The notes under the pieces: generated by a model
The model's database searches: none
What the model was told of the DNA's origin: nothing
What the model saw: only the letters and a program-made list of their open reading frames with translations
Assembly: GCA_024408235.1 (NCBI GenBank)
Contig: JAKSVF010000001.1
Location: forward strand, 29,417 to 93,416
Direction of reading: 5' to 3'
Source: Bacilli bacterium
GTDB taxonomy: Bacteria; Bacillota_I; Bacilli_A; RFN20; CAG-826
Length of the DNA: 64,000 bases
Made by a program: the position numbers and the translations under genes
Shown here: piece after piece, positions 1-8,588 of the stretch
Layout: every line of letters begins with the position of its first letter
Position numbering within the stretch: position 1 is the first letter of the stretch

Positions 1-17
1 CCATAGCCGACTCTGGA

Positions 18-3000
18 ATGGATGCATTTAAGAACGCTAACAAGGATTACATCTACACAGCCAACAAAGATGAACTGAGATATGAAAATAGACAGCTCAT
101 CAGAATTCTTGAAGCTGCAGTCGATCCTGTCTATGGAGTCATCGCTAATGATGGTGCCGTTAAGGAAATCAAGATCTCAGACGTTGACGCTTACTACTTA
201 GTGAACCCTCTCCTCAAGTCATTGGCAGAATCTCACGTCTTTAACTCCTTGTCCGATAAGCAGATTGCGGAAGGTGTTAGTATGACCGCGTTGGAGAAAG
301 AATTCTCATCGCTTTTAGGTTCGGCTTCCCTCTTTGAAAGCAAGACGAATGCAGACAAAGCGGTTTTAAGCGTGACAAAAGGCGTTACATCGTTTGAACA
401 TCGTGCAAATCTTTGGGACGATGAGATTGATCAGGTCACCAATGTCCTTACATCAATCCAGGATTTAGACATCGATCTCAATAATTTCTCGTTCGACAGC
501 ATCTTCCCAGATGGCAAGGATGAAGCGAAGAGACAAAAGCTCGAGAATATGCTTTTGAGCATCAATAACTCTCAGATTCTCCACTCAGTTCTCCCATACC
601 AAATCAATAAATCTGTTGATACCTTGGCGGATAGCCTTGGTTCATCATTCACACTCACGAATGTTAACGCCTACTACACCGGATATGATTCTGATGGTTT
701 AGCAAATAGATATGATGATGCGGAAATCGTTAATTTCTCATATATCATCCAAGATGGCTTAACAATGGGCGAACTTGATATGTCTTCGATGCATGGCGAC
801 CAGATCGATACTGTCATGTCATTGTTGAAGAGAATCGCTTCGAGCAACGTTTTCAACACAATCAAGGAGCCTGCATCAACCTATGAGATGACCGCTTTCG
901 AAAGCTTGTATTATCAGGCTATCGAACAAGCTAATGTTTTCGATGACATCAATCAGTTAAAAGCGTCTATTTTCCACGTAACAAACGGAGCTAGAACTGA
1001 CTTATCCGTCCTTGGTTCGCGCGCAGCTTCTTGGGAAAATGAAATCGATACCCTTCACCAGGTCTTCCTCGACTTTGATGGCCTCGGATTCCAAATTGAT
1101 AATTTCGATTACAATTCTCTCGATGAGTCCAGGGATTCAGAGCTTGCTACATTACTTGATGATGTGGACAAATCAATCACAATGCATTCAATGCTTCCTT
1201 TGAAGATCGAGGCTGCAATTGATGAAGTCGATGATTCGCTAGGAGAAGGTGTTTCTCTTGGAGTTGCTAACACAAGATACAAAGGCACATCTATTTTATC
1301 TTATGGTGATGGTCTTACTGTTGAGGTTCCAAATGCTTATGACGATTACGATGAATGTGAACACATCGCCCGAATCGTAAATAGAGGCTTGCATATGGGC
1401 TCGGTGGATTTAAGCGCCGGATCAACGGATACCAAATTCATCGACTTACTTATTGAGATGGGTCACTCTAACGTATTCAACACCTTGCCTGATAATAATT
1501 ACGGAATTGACCTCACTTCATTAGAAACTGTTTTCTCAACATCGGTTAAAAAATCGGGTATCTATTCTGAGAAGGAAGCTCAGGCATCCGCTTTGCTCGT
1601 TACCAACAAATCCTCGGACCTCGCTTTGAGAGGTGATTTATGGGAAGAGGAACTCGCCTATGTCCGTGCAACAATCAATGCGTTATCGGAAATCGATTTA
1701 GATATCGAGCACTTTGATTTATCAGCTCTTTTCACAGGCGGTCCAGAAGATGAAACGACTAGACAGAAAATGGTCACCCTCCTTAATTCATTAAGCGATT
1801 CTAAGACACTTCATTCTGTTGCCCCTATTAAACTTAGAACAACAATTGACTCCTACAAGAGTTCTTTGGCCGCTGGTCAGGTTTCTTTTGACAACGCAAA
1901 CTACGATTACAACGGCAAAGTGATATATGAGTTCGATGATACCTCATTAGGAAATGTCACATTACCAAACGCCTACGGATACGACGAAAACGAGGCTTTG
2001 TCATACATCATCATGGAGTCTTCAAATCTTCCAGATCAGAATCTTGCTGATTTAACATCCATCGACAGAACTCCATATATATCCCTATTAAAGAGACTTT
2101 CAGCAAGCCACGTTTTCAATACGCTTGAAGAAGGACTTACGCATTCTCCAAATCTCCTAACAGCATTCGAAAACACATATGTAAGCATTCTTGATGAAGG
2201 CAACGTTTATGAGCATTATGCAGAGCAAGAGCTTGAAGTTGATAGAATTGCCACATTTGAAGCAACTAAGGGCGTCTCCAATTTCGACAATATAAAAGCG
2301 ATTTGGGATGATGAACTCGATTTAGTCGAACAGATCATCACCGATTATCAGACATGCGGATTTACAATGACATCCATCAACATTGCAAACCTCTTCCCGG
2401 CATCTGCAACAGAAGAAGAAGCGGAACTCAGCAGAATGAACTTACAGGAATTGATGGATGACGTAAACTCGTCACTCACCCTCCATTCAACCCTCCATCG
2501 CACGGTCAATGAAGCTATTGATAAAGTCAGTGACAAGATGGGTGGAGATTCGATGGACAACGCAAATGTCTACTTCACCGGTTACTCGGTACCTGATAAA
2601 AAGCTTGGTAACTACTACACCGACGAGGAAGTTGAGAAACTCTCCTATATTGTTAAAGGCTGCATGAGAATGCCTGATGTCGACAAGAGCGACATTGGCT
2701 CAATCGATGCATCTAAAGTTACGGATTTGCTTGCTCATTTAGCAACAAGCCAAGTATTCAACTCACTTAAGGATGGAGAGCCATTTACCGCATTTGATAA
2801 CGCCTATGCCACCCTCATGACAACGGATGGCTTAAACGATGTCTATTACCATGCTCCAAACCCGGTTGATAAAGACGCTATTTATTCAACTTCAGCCGAT
2901 AAGGCTAAGGTTGTTGCAAGGTCAACATGGACACCTCTTACTTTATCCATTGATATCGATACATATGATGTTTCAAATATCAACGGTAACACTGGTTCAT

Positions 3001-5114
3001 TGCAGTACGTCTTAGAGTACTTTGTTGATCCGTCTAACTCAGACGTCATGGATTCACTTAATGGCGAATTCTCGTCTTTAACTGGAGATAAGATCTATGA
3101 TTCACTTACTAGGTTGAACTCGTGCGAATTAACAAAGGACATGGTGCCTAACATCATCGATAAGACAATTAACGATCCATCTTTCTCCCTAGGCTCAATC
3201 AACATCAAGAGAGCAAATCCGTTCTATTGTTACAATGGATTATGGGGTAATAAGTATGATGACGATGAAATCGAATGCATCGCAAACATCATAACCGCTA
3301 ATAACAACATGAAGGATAGTGGTGGACATAGCATCTTCGCTAACCTCGGCTCGGCTACTATTACTCATTCAACGGTTGTCGAGTTAAAGAACTTGATGGA
3401 TGCAATGAACGAAAGCCAGGTATTCCATTTGTCAGGTGCTAGATCAGGCGCTGAATTCTTTGATTCAACAGTCGCTGCTTGGAAAGAGCCATTGACCGCA
3501 TTTGAACAGATCTTAGGAACTATCTATGAAGAGTCCAACCTCGCTTCTCTAGCATATAACTCAACTAGAGATGCATATGCTTCTTGGAGCGAGAAACTCT
3601 CTGCTCGAATGGGACACTTCCGCGATGGAAACCTCGAATCTCTCCACGGCGCAGTCGCCAATAGATATGAAATCGAAGTCGAAGCAATCTGCAACTTGAT
3701 TGATGTTGCTATCGACCTTGACCTATTGTCATCAGGTTTGAGCCTCGGTTCATTTGAACTCGGTTCATTCTCACCTGAACAAGTCAGATTCTTATCTAAC
3801 GCTCTCAACATCGTTGACATGGTTTCAGACGCTCTTCCAAATAAGATAGATTCATTCGTTAAGACAACAGGCGTTGATAAATACAATGCCGTTGATGTAA
3901 TGGGCGAAAAACTCGATATTGCCAATTACTTCCTCTCTCAAGAACAGATGAGGGATGGCGCTATCGATTCTATCTACACCTTCTCAAATTCAATTTACGA
4001 ACCGGCTGAATATGATACTTTAGGCAATAAGACCAAGGATGCTAAGTACACTACATTCACAGGTCCTGATGCAGTGAACATGTCTGAGTGGATTCTTGGC
4101 GAAGGAAAGTTCTCCTCAATATTGAAATTCATTGATGAGCCAAACGGTTTCTATGCGTCATCGCATTACACGGCTACCCCATTAGACGGTTCAAGCCTTG
4201 CCGCCATCAATGCTGCAACAGACACCTATGACTTCACAGCGAGAGATGCATTCTTCTATAACATCTCCTCATTCAGCGTTGCTGGAGAAGTTCTTAACCT
4301 CGGTTCATACCTCGGAGCGGGTGACTCGTTGCTACTTGATCTTAAGGGCTCTAGAGACGCGTTTGACCACGTCGAGAAAACTGACGCATCTTACTTAAGC
4401 GAAGAAATGTCCATCCACTCAACAATGATCGATCTTGGAACAATATACGTTGCCCTTAATGCATCGTCATCACTTGGAACTCTTCCAACTCACTTAGCTG
4501 AGTTTGAAATGTTAGCAAGCGACCTCGCATATTCAAGCGTTGAATCATTGTTCACATACTTCGGCACAAATAGCTCATCTCTATCCGGAAGATATGCTTC
4601 AGGACTTTTAGAAGAACCTGTTCATAAAGCTAACTCCTACATCAACGGCAACTCTTACTTCACCGCTCTGTTCGACGCTACAGGCCTCCCATACCCATCA
4701 AGCTATATGGATGGCGCCTCGGTTAGAACCCGTTCGTCCTACGATGAAGGATCTACATTAAGCACATACTCCATCTACTCAGATAACGGCTCGGATTTAA
4801 GAAGCGAAGATGTAAAGGATGCCTACATGAGCATGCTTAGAATCGTGAAGGAAATCGGCATTGGCGCATTAACGTCAAGCCACACAATTGATACCGTTTC
4901 CCTCAACTCTGCGTTCTCAACAATCGACTCCCTCGTATCAAATCCACGAGTCAGCGCATTAACAAAGTTATTCTATCTCTCATCCACATATGACTATCTC
5001 CTCAACAGAGGCGCATTCCACGGCGAAGTCCTCCCATTCCTGAGTGAGATTGATGTGCCAAATCCGTTCGATTCGGCCTTCACTTATAGTGGATTATCCT
5101 CATTCATCGCTTAA
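18..5114 (+). CDS. Very large repeat protein, 5'-truncated: the frame stays open to the window edge upstream of the listed ATG. Six diverged ~210-aa tandem modules are followed by a unique ~500-aa C-terminal region.
   Basis: One uninterrupted 1,698-aa ORF. The motif S[HNQ]VFN[ST]L recurs at about 200-215 aa spacing (aa ~75, 274, 483, 697, 910, 1130). Each copy is preceded by a W[DE][DE]E[IL]D block, an LHS.LP block and an LPNAY.YD block. There are no homopolymeric or low-complexity tracts. The N-terminus lies outside the window, so a signal peptide cannot be assessed. Confidence 0.6.
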   Translation: MDAFKNANKDYIYTANKDELRYENRQLIRILEAAVDPVYGVIANDGAVKEIKISDVDAYYLVNPLLKSLAESHVFNSLSDKQIAEGVSMTALEKEFSSLLGSASLFESKTNADKAVLSVTKGVTSFEHRANLWDDEIDQVTNVLTSIQDLDIDLNNFSFDSIFPDGKDEAKRQKLENMLLSINNSQILHSVLPYQINKSVDTLADSLGSSFTLTNVNAYYTGYDSDGLANRYDDAEIVNFSYIIQDGLTMGELDMSSMHGDQIDTVMSLLKRIASSNVFNTIKEPASTYEMTAFESLYYQAIEQANVFDDINQLKASIFHVTNGARTDLSVLGSRAASWENEIDTLHQVFLDFDGLGFQIDNFDYNSLDESRDSELATLLDDVDKSITMHSMLPLKIEAAIDEVDDSLGEGVSLGVANTRYKGTSILSYGDGLTVEVPNAYDDYDECEHIARIVNRGLHMGSVDLSAGSTDTKFIDLLIEMGHSNVFNTLPDNNYGIDLTSLETVFSTSVKKSGIYSEKEAQASALLVTNKSSDLALRGDLWEEELAYVRATINALSEIDLDIEHFDLSALFTGGPEDETTRQKMVTLLNSLSDSKTLHSVAPIKLRTTIDSYKSSLAAGQVSFDNANYDYNGKVIYEFDDTSLGNVTLPNAYGYDENEALSYIIMESSNLPDQNLADLTSIDRTPYISLLKRLSASHVFNTLEEGLTHSPNLLTAFENTYVSILDEGNVYEHYAEQELEVDRIATFEATKGVSNFDNIKAIWDDELDLVEQIITDYQTCGFTMTSINIANLFPASATEEEAELSRMNLQELMDDVNSSLTLHSTLHRTVNEAIDKVSDKMGGDSMDNANVYFTGYSVPDKKLGNYYTDEEVEKLSYIVKGCMRMPDVDKSDIGSIDASKVTDLLAHLATSQVFNSLKDGEPFTAFDNAYATLMTTDGLNDVYYHAPNPVDKDAIYSTSADKAKVVARSTWTPLTLSIDIDTYDVSNINGNTGSLQYVLEYFVDPSNSDVMDSLNGEFSSLTGDKIYDSLTRLNSCELTKDMVPNIIDKTINDPSFSLGSINIKRANPFYCYNGLWGNKYDDDEIECIANIITANNNMKDSGGHSIFANLGSATITHSTVVELKNLMDAMNESQVFHLSGARSGAEFFDSTVAAWKEPLTAFEQILGTIYEESNLASLAYNSTRDAYASWSEKLSARMGHFRDGNLESLHGAVANRYEIEVEAICNLIDVAIDLDLLSSGLSLGSFELGSFSPEQVRFLSNALNIVDMVSDALPNKIDSFVKTTGVDKYNAVDVMGEKLDIANYFLSQEQMRDGAIDSIYTFSNSIYEPAEYDTLGNKTKDAKYTTFTGPDAVNMSEWILGEGKFSSILKFIDEPNGFYASSHYTATPLDGSSLAAINAATDTYDFTARDAFFYNISSFSVAGEVLNLGSYLGAGDSLLLDLKGSRDAFDHVEKTDASYLSEEMSIHSTMIDLGTIYVALNASSSLGTLPTHLAEFEMLASDLAYSSVESLFTYFGTNSSSLSGRYASGLLEEPVHKANSYINGNSYFTALFDATGLPYPSSYMDGASVRTRSSYDEGSTLSTYSIYSDNGSDLRSEDVKDAYMSMLRIVKEIGIGALTSSHTIDTVSLNSAFSTIDSLVSNPRVSALTKLFYLSSTYDYLLNRGAFHGEVLPFLSEIDVPNPFDSAFTYSGLSSFIA

Positions 5115-5115
5115 T

Positions 5116-5727
5116 ATGACCCAATTACTACCATATCAGGAATACATAAGCGAAATTAAAATCCTAGGATCACGCTTTATCGCCGTATTGGAGCCGATTC
5201 TAGAGGAGAGTGAGATAGATGCTCATCTCGAACGTTTAAAGGCCTTATATCCAAAAGCAACGCATTATTGCTACGCTTCAAGATTCGGCCCAAGCGAAAG
5301 AATGAGCGATGATGGTGAACCATCACGAAGTGCCGGCATGCCACTTCTAACGATTCTCAGGCAACATGGCATCACTCAAGCCCTCATCCTCGTCATCAGA
5401 TATTTTGGTGGGACAAAGCTAGGATTGCCACGTCTCACTAGAACATATAGAGATGCGGCGGAGGATGTAATTGCAAACGCGAAGTTCGCAACCATCATCG
5501 AGGGTTCCACGCAAAACCTTACGATGAGCTATGCCAATTACGAGCATGTAAAGAAACTCGTGGCAAAAACTAACCTCGAGATGTACGGAGAAATATATTC
5601 CGAGGATGTGACCATTACCCTAAAAGGTGAGAATGAGTCGCTATTAAAATTCGTTTCTTCCCTTCCTTACGAGATCATCAGGGGAGAAATCCAGTCAGTC
5701 AAATTATTAAAGGAGGCAGAACAATGA
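5116..5727 (+). CDS. yigZ: IMPACT/YigZ family protein (UPF0029)
   Basis: It has the DDGEPSRSAGMPLL motif characteristic of the YigZ/IMPACT N-domain. An ATG at 5116 sits right after the upstream stop (5112-5114). The 5044 start on the ORF track overlaps the previous gene and was rejected. Confidence 0.7.
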   Translation: MTQLLPYQEYISEIKILGSRFIAVLEPILEESEIDAHLERLKALYPKATHYCYASRFGPSERMSDDGEPSRSAGMPLLTILRQHGITQALILVIRYFGGTKLGLPRLTRTYRDAAEDVIANAKFATIIEGSTQNLTMSYANYEHVKKLVAKTNLEMYGEIYSEDVTITLKGENESLLKFVSSLPYEIIRGEIQSVKLLKEAEQ

Positions 5728-7013
5728 TCCCTTCAAACGAATACGCAGCTAGAAGACAAAGAATTCTTTCCGTCATGGAAGAAGACAGCATCATGGTCCT
5801 TTTCTCAGGTGTTGAGAAGATGTCTAGCGCAGATGAAACATACCCATTTGAGGTTAACCGCAATTTCTATTACCTAACTGGTATCGACCAGCCAGACTCA
5901 AGTCTTATCTTGGTCAACACGGATGGCGAAATAAGAGAATTCTTATTCGTCTCGCCATTTGATCCTGTTAAGGAGAAATGGTATGGCAGGAGATTAACAC
6001 TCCAGGAAGCCGCAAAAATATCCGGAGTCTCAAATGCTCAGGTGAACACAATTGTCATGGATAAGGTTGCCGGTATTCTTGATCCAACTCTCGCTCAGTA
6101 TGGTGAAGTCAGCCATATTTATTTAGACCTCGAGCCTGAAATCAAGATTGCCGAAGAAACAACGACCAGAGATTATAGAGACACAATCAAACACACCTTC
6201 CCTAACGTTGAAGTGCTTGATGCATATCCATTGATAACCACTCTCAGATTAAGAAAATCCAACAAGGAAATCGAAGAATTGAGAAGCGCTATCCGCACAA
6301 CAAAACTCGGCGTTTATTCCGTCATGAACGCAATGAAGGAAGGCAAGAGAGAATTTGAGATGGCAGACTTGTTCCTCCACACAGTAAATGACGACAACTG
6401 CTATCAGGGCCTCGCTTTCCCAACCATCATGGCTGCAGGCAAAAACGCTACATGCTTACACTATAGAACCCTCCAGGGAGTTATGCATGATGGCGATCTT
6501 CTCCTTATGGATTTAGGAGCTAGAAACGGTTACTACTGTGCTGATGTTTCTCGTACAGTCCCAGTATCTGGCAAATTCACCAAAGAGCAGAAAGAGATTT
6601 ACAACATCGTCTTAGGCGCTAATAAAATGGTCGCTAAGATGCTTAAGCCTGGAGTGACAATCGAAGAGCTTCAACAGGCGACAATCATGTACTTGGCTGA
6701 TGAGTGCTTGGCAAAAGGCTACATCAAGAAGAAAGAGGACATCATGGAATACTATTACCACGGTGTTTCCCATTTGATCGGTCTTGATACGCATGACGCT
6801 TACTTCGCTCCTAATTCAAGGGAATCGAAGAAATTGAAACTAGAGCCTGGAATGATCATCTCCAATGAGCCTGGCTTATATATGGCCGATAGAGGAATTG
6901 GCATCCGCATCGAAGATGACTTACTCGTCACCGAAGAAGGCTGTGAAGTTTTAACTGCTGAAATCATCAAAGAAGCCGATGACATCGAAGCGTATTTAGC
7001 CACAAAAAGATAA
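5724..7013 (+). CDS. Xaa-Pro aminopeptidase/dipeptidase, M24B family
   Basis: It has a creatinase-like N-terminal domain and the M24 metal-ligand motifs (HGVSHLIGLDTHD, NEPG, IRIEDD). Its start overlaps the yigZ stop as ATGA. Confidence 0.85.
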   Translation: MIPSNEYAARRQRILSVMEEDSIMVLFSGVEKMSSADETYPFEVNRNFYYLTGIDQPDSSLILVNTDGEIREFLFVSPFDPVKEKWYGRRLTLQEAAKISGVSNAQVNTIVMDKVAGILDPTLAQYGEVSHIYLDLEPEIKIAEETTTRDYRDTIKHTFPNVEVLDAYPLITTLRLRKSNKEIEELRSAIRTTKLGVYSVMNAMKEGKREFEMADLFLHTVNDDNCYQGLAFPTIMAAGKNATCLHYRTLQGVMHDGDLLLMDLGARNGYYCADVSRTVPVSGKFTKEQKEIYNIVLGANKMVAKMLKPGVTIEELQQATIMYLADECLAKGYIKKKEDIMEYYYHGVSHLIGLDTHDAYFAPNSRESKKLKLEPGMIISNEPGLYMADRGIGIRIEDDLLVTEEGCEVLTAEIIKEADDIEAYLATKR

Positions 7014-7022
7014 TTAGAGACG

Positions 7023-7052
7023 AAGCTCACAATAATGTGGGCTTTTTCTTTT
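7023..7052 (+). terminator. Rho-independent terminator after the peptidase gene
   Basis: Stem aagcTcaca / tgtgGgctt (one G-U wobble) with loop ataa, followed by tttttcttttt. Confidence 0.6.
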
Positions 7053-7078
7053 TCTCATAGAGTTTATAATAAACTCAT

Positions 7079-8560
7079 ATGAAGAAATATATCTTGGCTG
7101 TAGACCAGGGCACCACATCGACACGTGCCATTTTAATTAACAAAAAGGGCGAGGAAGTATACAAAGCTCAGCGTCCTGTCGATTGCTATTTCCCAAAAGC
7201 GGGATGGGTTGAACAAAGCGCGGACAACATCTGGGTTTCGGTAGTTGATGTCATCAACGAGCTCATGATTGTGAGCAGCGCTAAATGGGAGGAGATTGCC
7301 GGCATTGGTATAACCAATCAGCGTGAGACTACCATCGTGTGGGACAAGTCAACCGGAAGAGCTATCCACAACGCCATCGTTTGGCAATCAAAGCAAACAC
7401 AGAAAATCTGTGACCGTTATGAGAAAAAGAAGACGTTTATAGCTGATAGGACAGGCCTTAGGTTAAACCCATATTTCTCCGCGTCTAAAATCAGATTCAT
7501 TCTTGAAGCCGTACCAGGCGCTGAGGAGAAAGCCAAGAAAGGCGAGCTGATGTTCGGAACAATCGAGACATGGCTTATCTACAAGATGACTAACGGGGCA
7601 GTTCATGCAACTGATGTATCTAATGCCTCGCGTACTGCGATATTTAATATATATGATATGAAATGGGATGAGGAACTTTGCAAGCTCTGGAAGGTCCCAA
7701 CCTCTATGTTGCCTGAAGTAAAAGATTCTTCCTGTGACTTTGGCGAAGCTTCATTCTTCCCTGGCCACGTCCATATCTATGGCGTTGCAGGAGACCAGCA
7801 GTCTGCCTTATTTGGCCAATGCTGTTTTAAAGAAGGCGAATCAAAAAACACATATGGAACCGGTTGCTTCATGCTCATGAATACCGGCGAGAATCCAATC
7901 AAAACCAAATCCGGCTTATTAACTACAGTCGCTTGGCGAATCAACGGCAAGACAACTTACGCCCTAGAAGGTTCAGTCTTCATTGGCGGTGCTGTAGTTC
8001 AGTGGGTCCGTGATCAGACTAGATGGATTGAAGACTCAAGAGATTCTGAGTACTATGCATCAAAAGTGAAAGACACGGCGGGAGTGTACTTTGTACCTGC
8101 TTTCGTTGGATTAGGAACCCCATATTGGGATGATGATGCTAGAGGCGCAATATTCGGTCTTACAAGAGGCGCTGATAGACATCACATCACTAGAGCGGCC
8201 ATCTATTCAATTGCTTATCAATCCAAAGATGTAATTGATACCATGAGGAAAGACGCCAACCTAGATCTCCCTGTTCTGAAAGTTGATGGCGGCGCATCTG
8301 CAAACGCAATGCTTATGCAGTTCCAATCAGATATTCTTCAGTGTGAGGTCCGAATCCCTAAGAACGTTGAAACAACGGCCTTAGGCGCCGGTTACTTAGC
8401 TGGTCTTGCCTGCGGATTCTGGAAAGACTTAGCAGAAATTGAGAAGAACGTGGGTATCCAAAGACGTTTCTTCCCGACAATGGATCCAACTGAGGCTGAT
8501 AAACTTTGTCGCGGATGGGCGAAAGCCGTTATTGCTACGCGTGCATTCAAGACCGAGTAA
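7079..8560 (+). CDS. glpK: Glycerol kinase
   Basis: The N-terminus MKKYILAVDQGTTSTRAIL is the classic FGGY glycerol-kinase start, and the protein is 493 aa. It also has the WNAIVWQ and GGAS motifs. Confidence 0.95.
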   Translation: MKKYILAVDQGTTSTRAILINKKGEEVYKAQRPVDCYFPKAGWVEQSADNIWVSVVDVINELMIVSSAKWEEIAGIGITNQRETTIVWDKSTGRAIHNAIVWQSKQTQKICDRYEKKKTFIADRTGLRLNPYFSASKIRFILEAVPGAEEKAKKGELMFGTIETWLIYKMTNGAVHATDVSNASRTAIFNIYDMKWDEELCKLWKVPTSMLPEVKDSSCDFGEASFFPGHVHIYGVAGDQQSALFGQCCFKEGESKNTYGTGCFMLMNTGENPIKTKSGLLTTVAWRINGKTTYALEGSVFIGGAVVQWVRDQTRWIEDSRDSEYYASKVKDTAGVYFVPAFVGLGTPYWDDDARGAIFGLTRGADRHHITRAAIYSIAYQSKDVIDTMRKDANLDLPVLKVDGGASANAMLMQFQSDILQCEVRIPKNVETTALGAGYLAGLACGFWKDLAEIEKNVGIQRRFFPTMDPTEADKLCRGWAKAVIATRAFKTE

Positions 8561-8588
8561 TATTAGAATCACCCTATAGTGTAGGTGT

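Noticed and set aside
674-4398. Several 60-133-aa ORFs inside or antisense to the giant repeat-protein gene (674-865, 1012-1203, 2348-2560, 3524-3925, 4198-4398)
   Set aside because: They are embedded in a long, clearly coding frame. They have no RBS and a low-complexity composition, as expected for chance ORFs.
5044-5115. Upstream extension of yigZ (MRLMCQIRS...)
   Set aside because: It overlaps the 3' end of the preceding gene in another frame. The ATG at 5116 follows the stop directly and gives a canonical IMPACT N-terminus.
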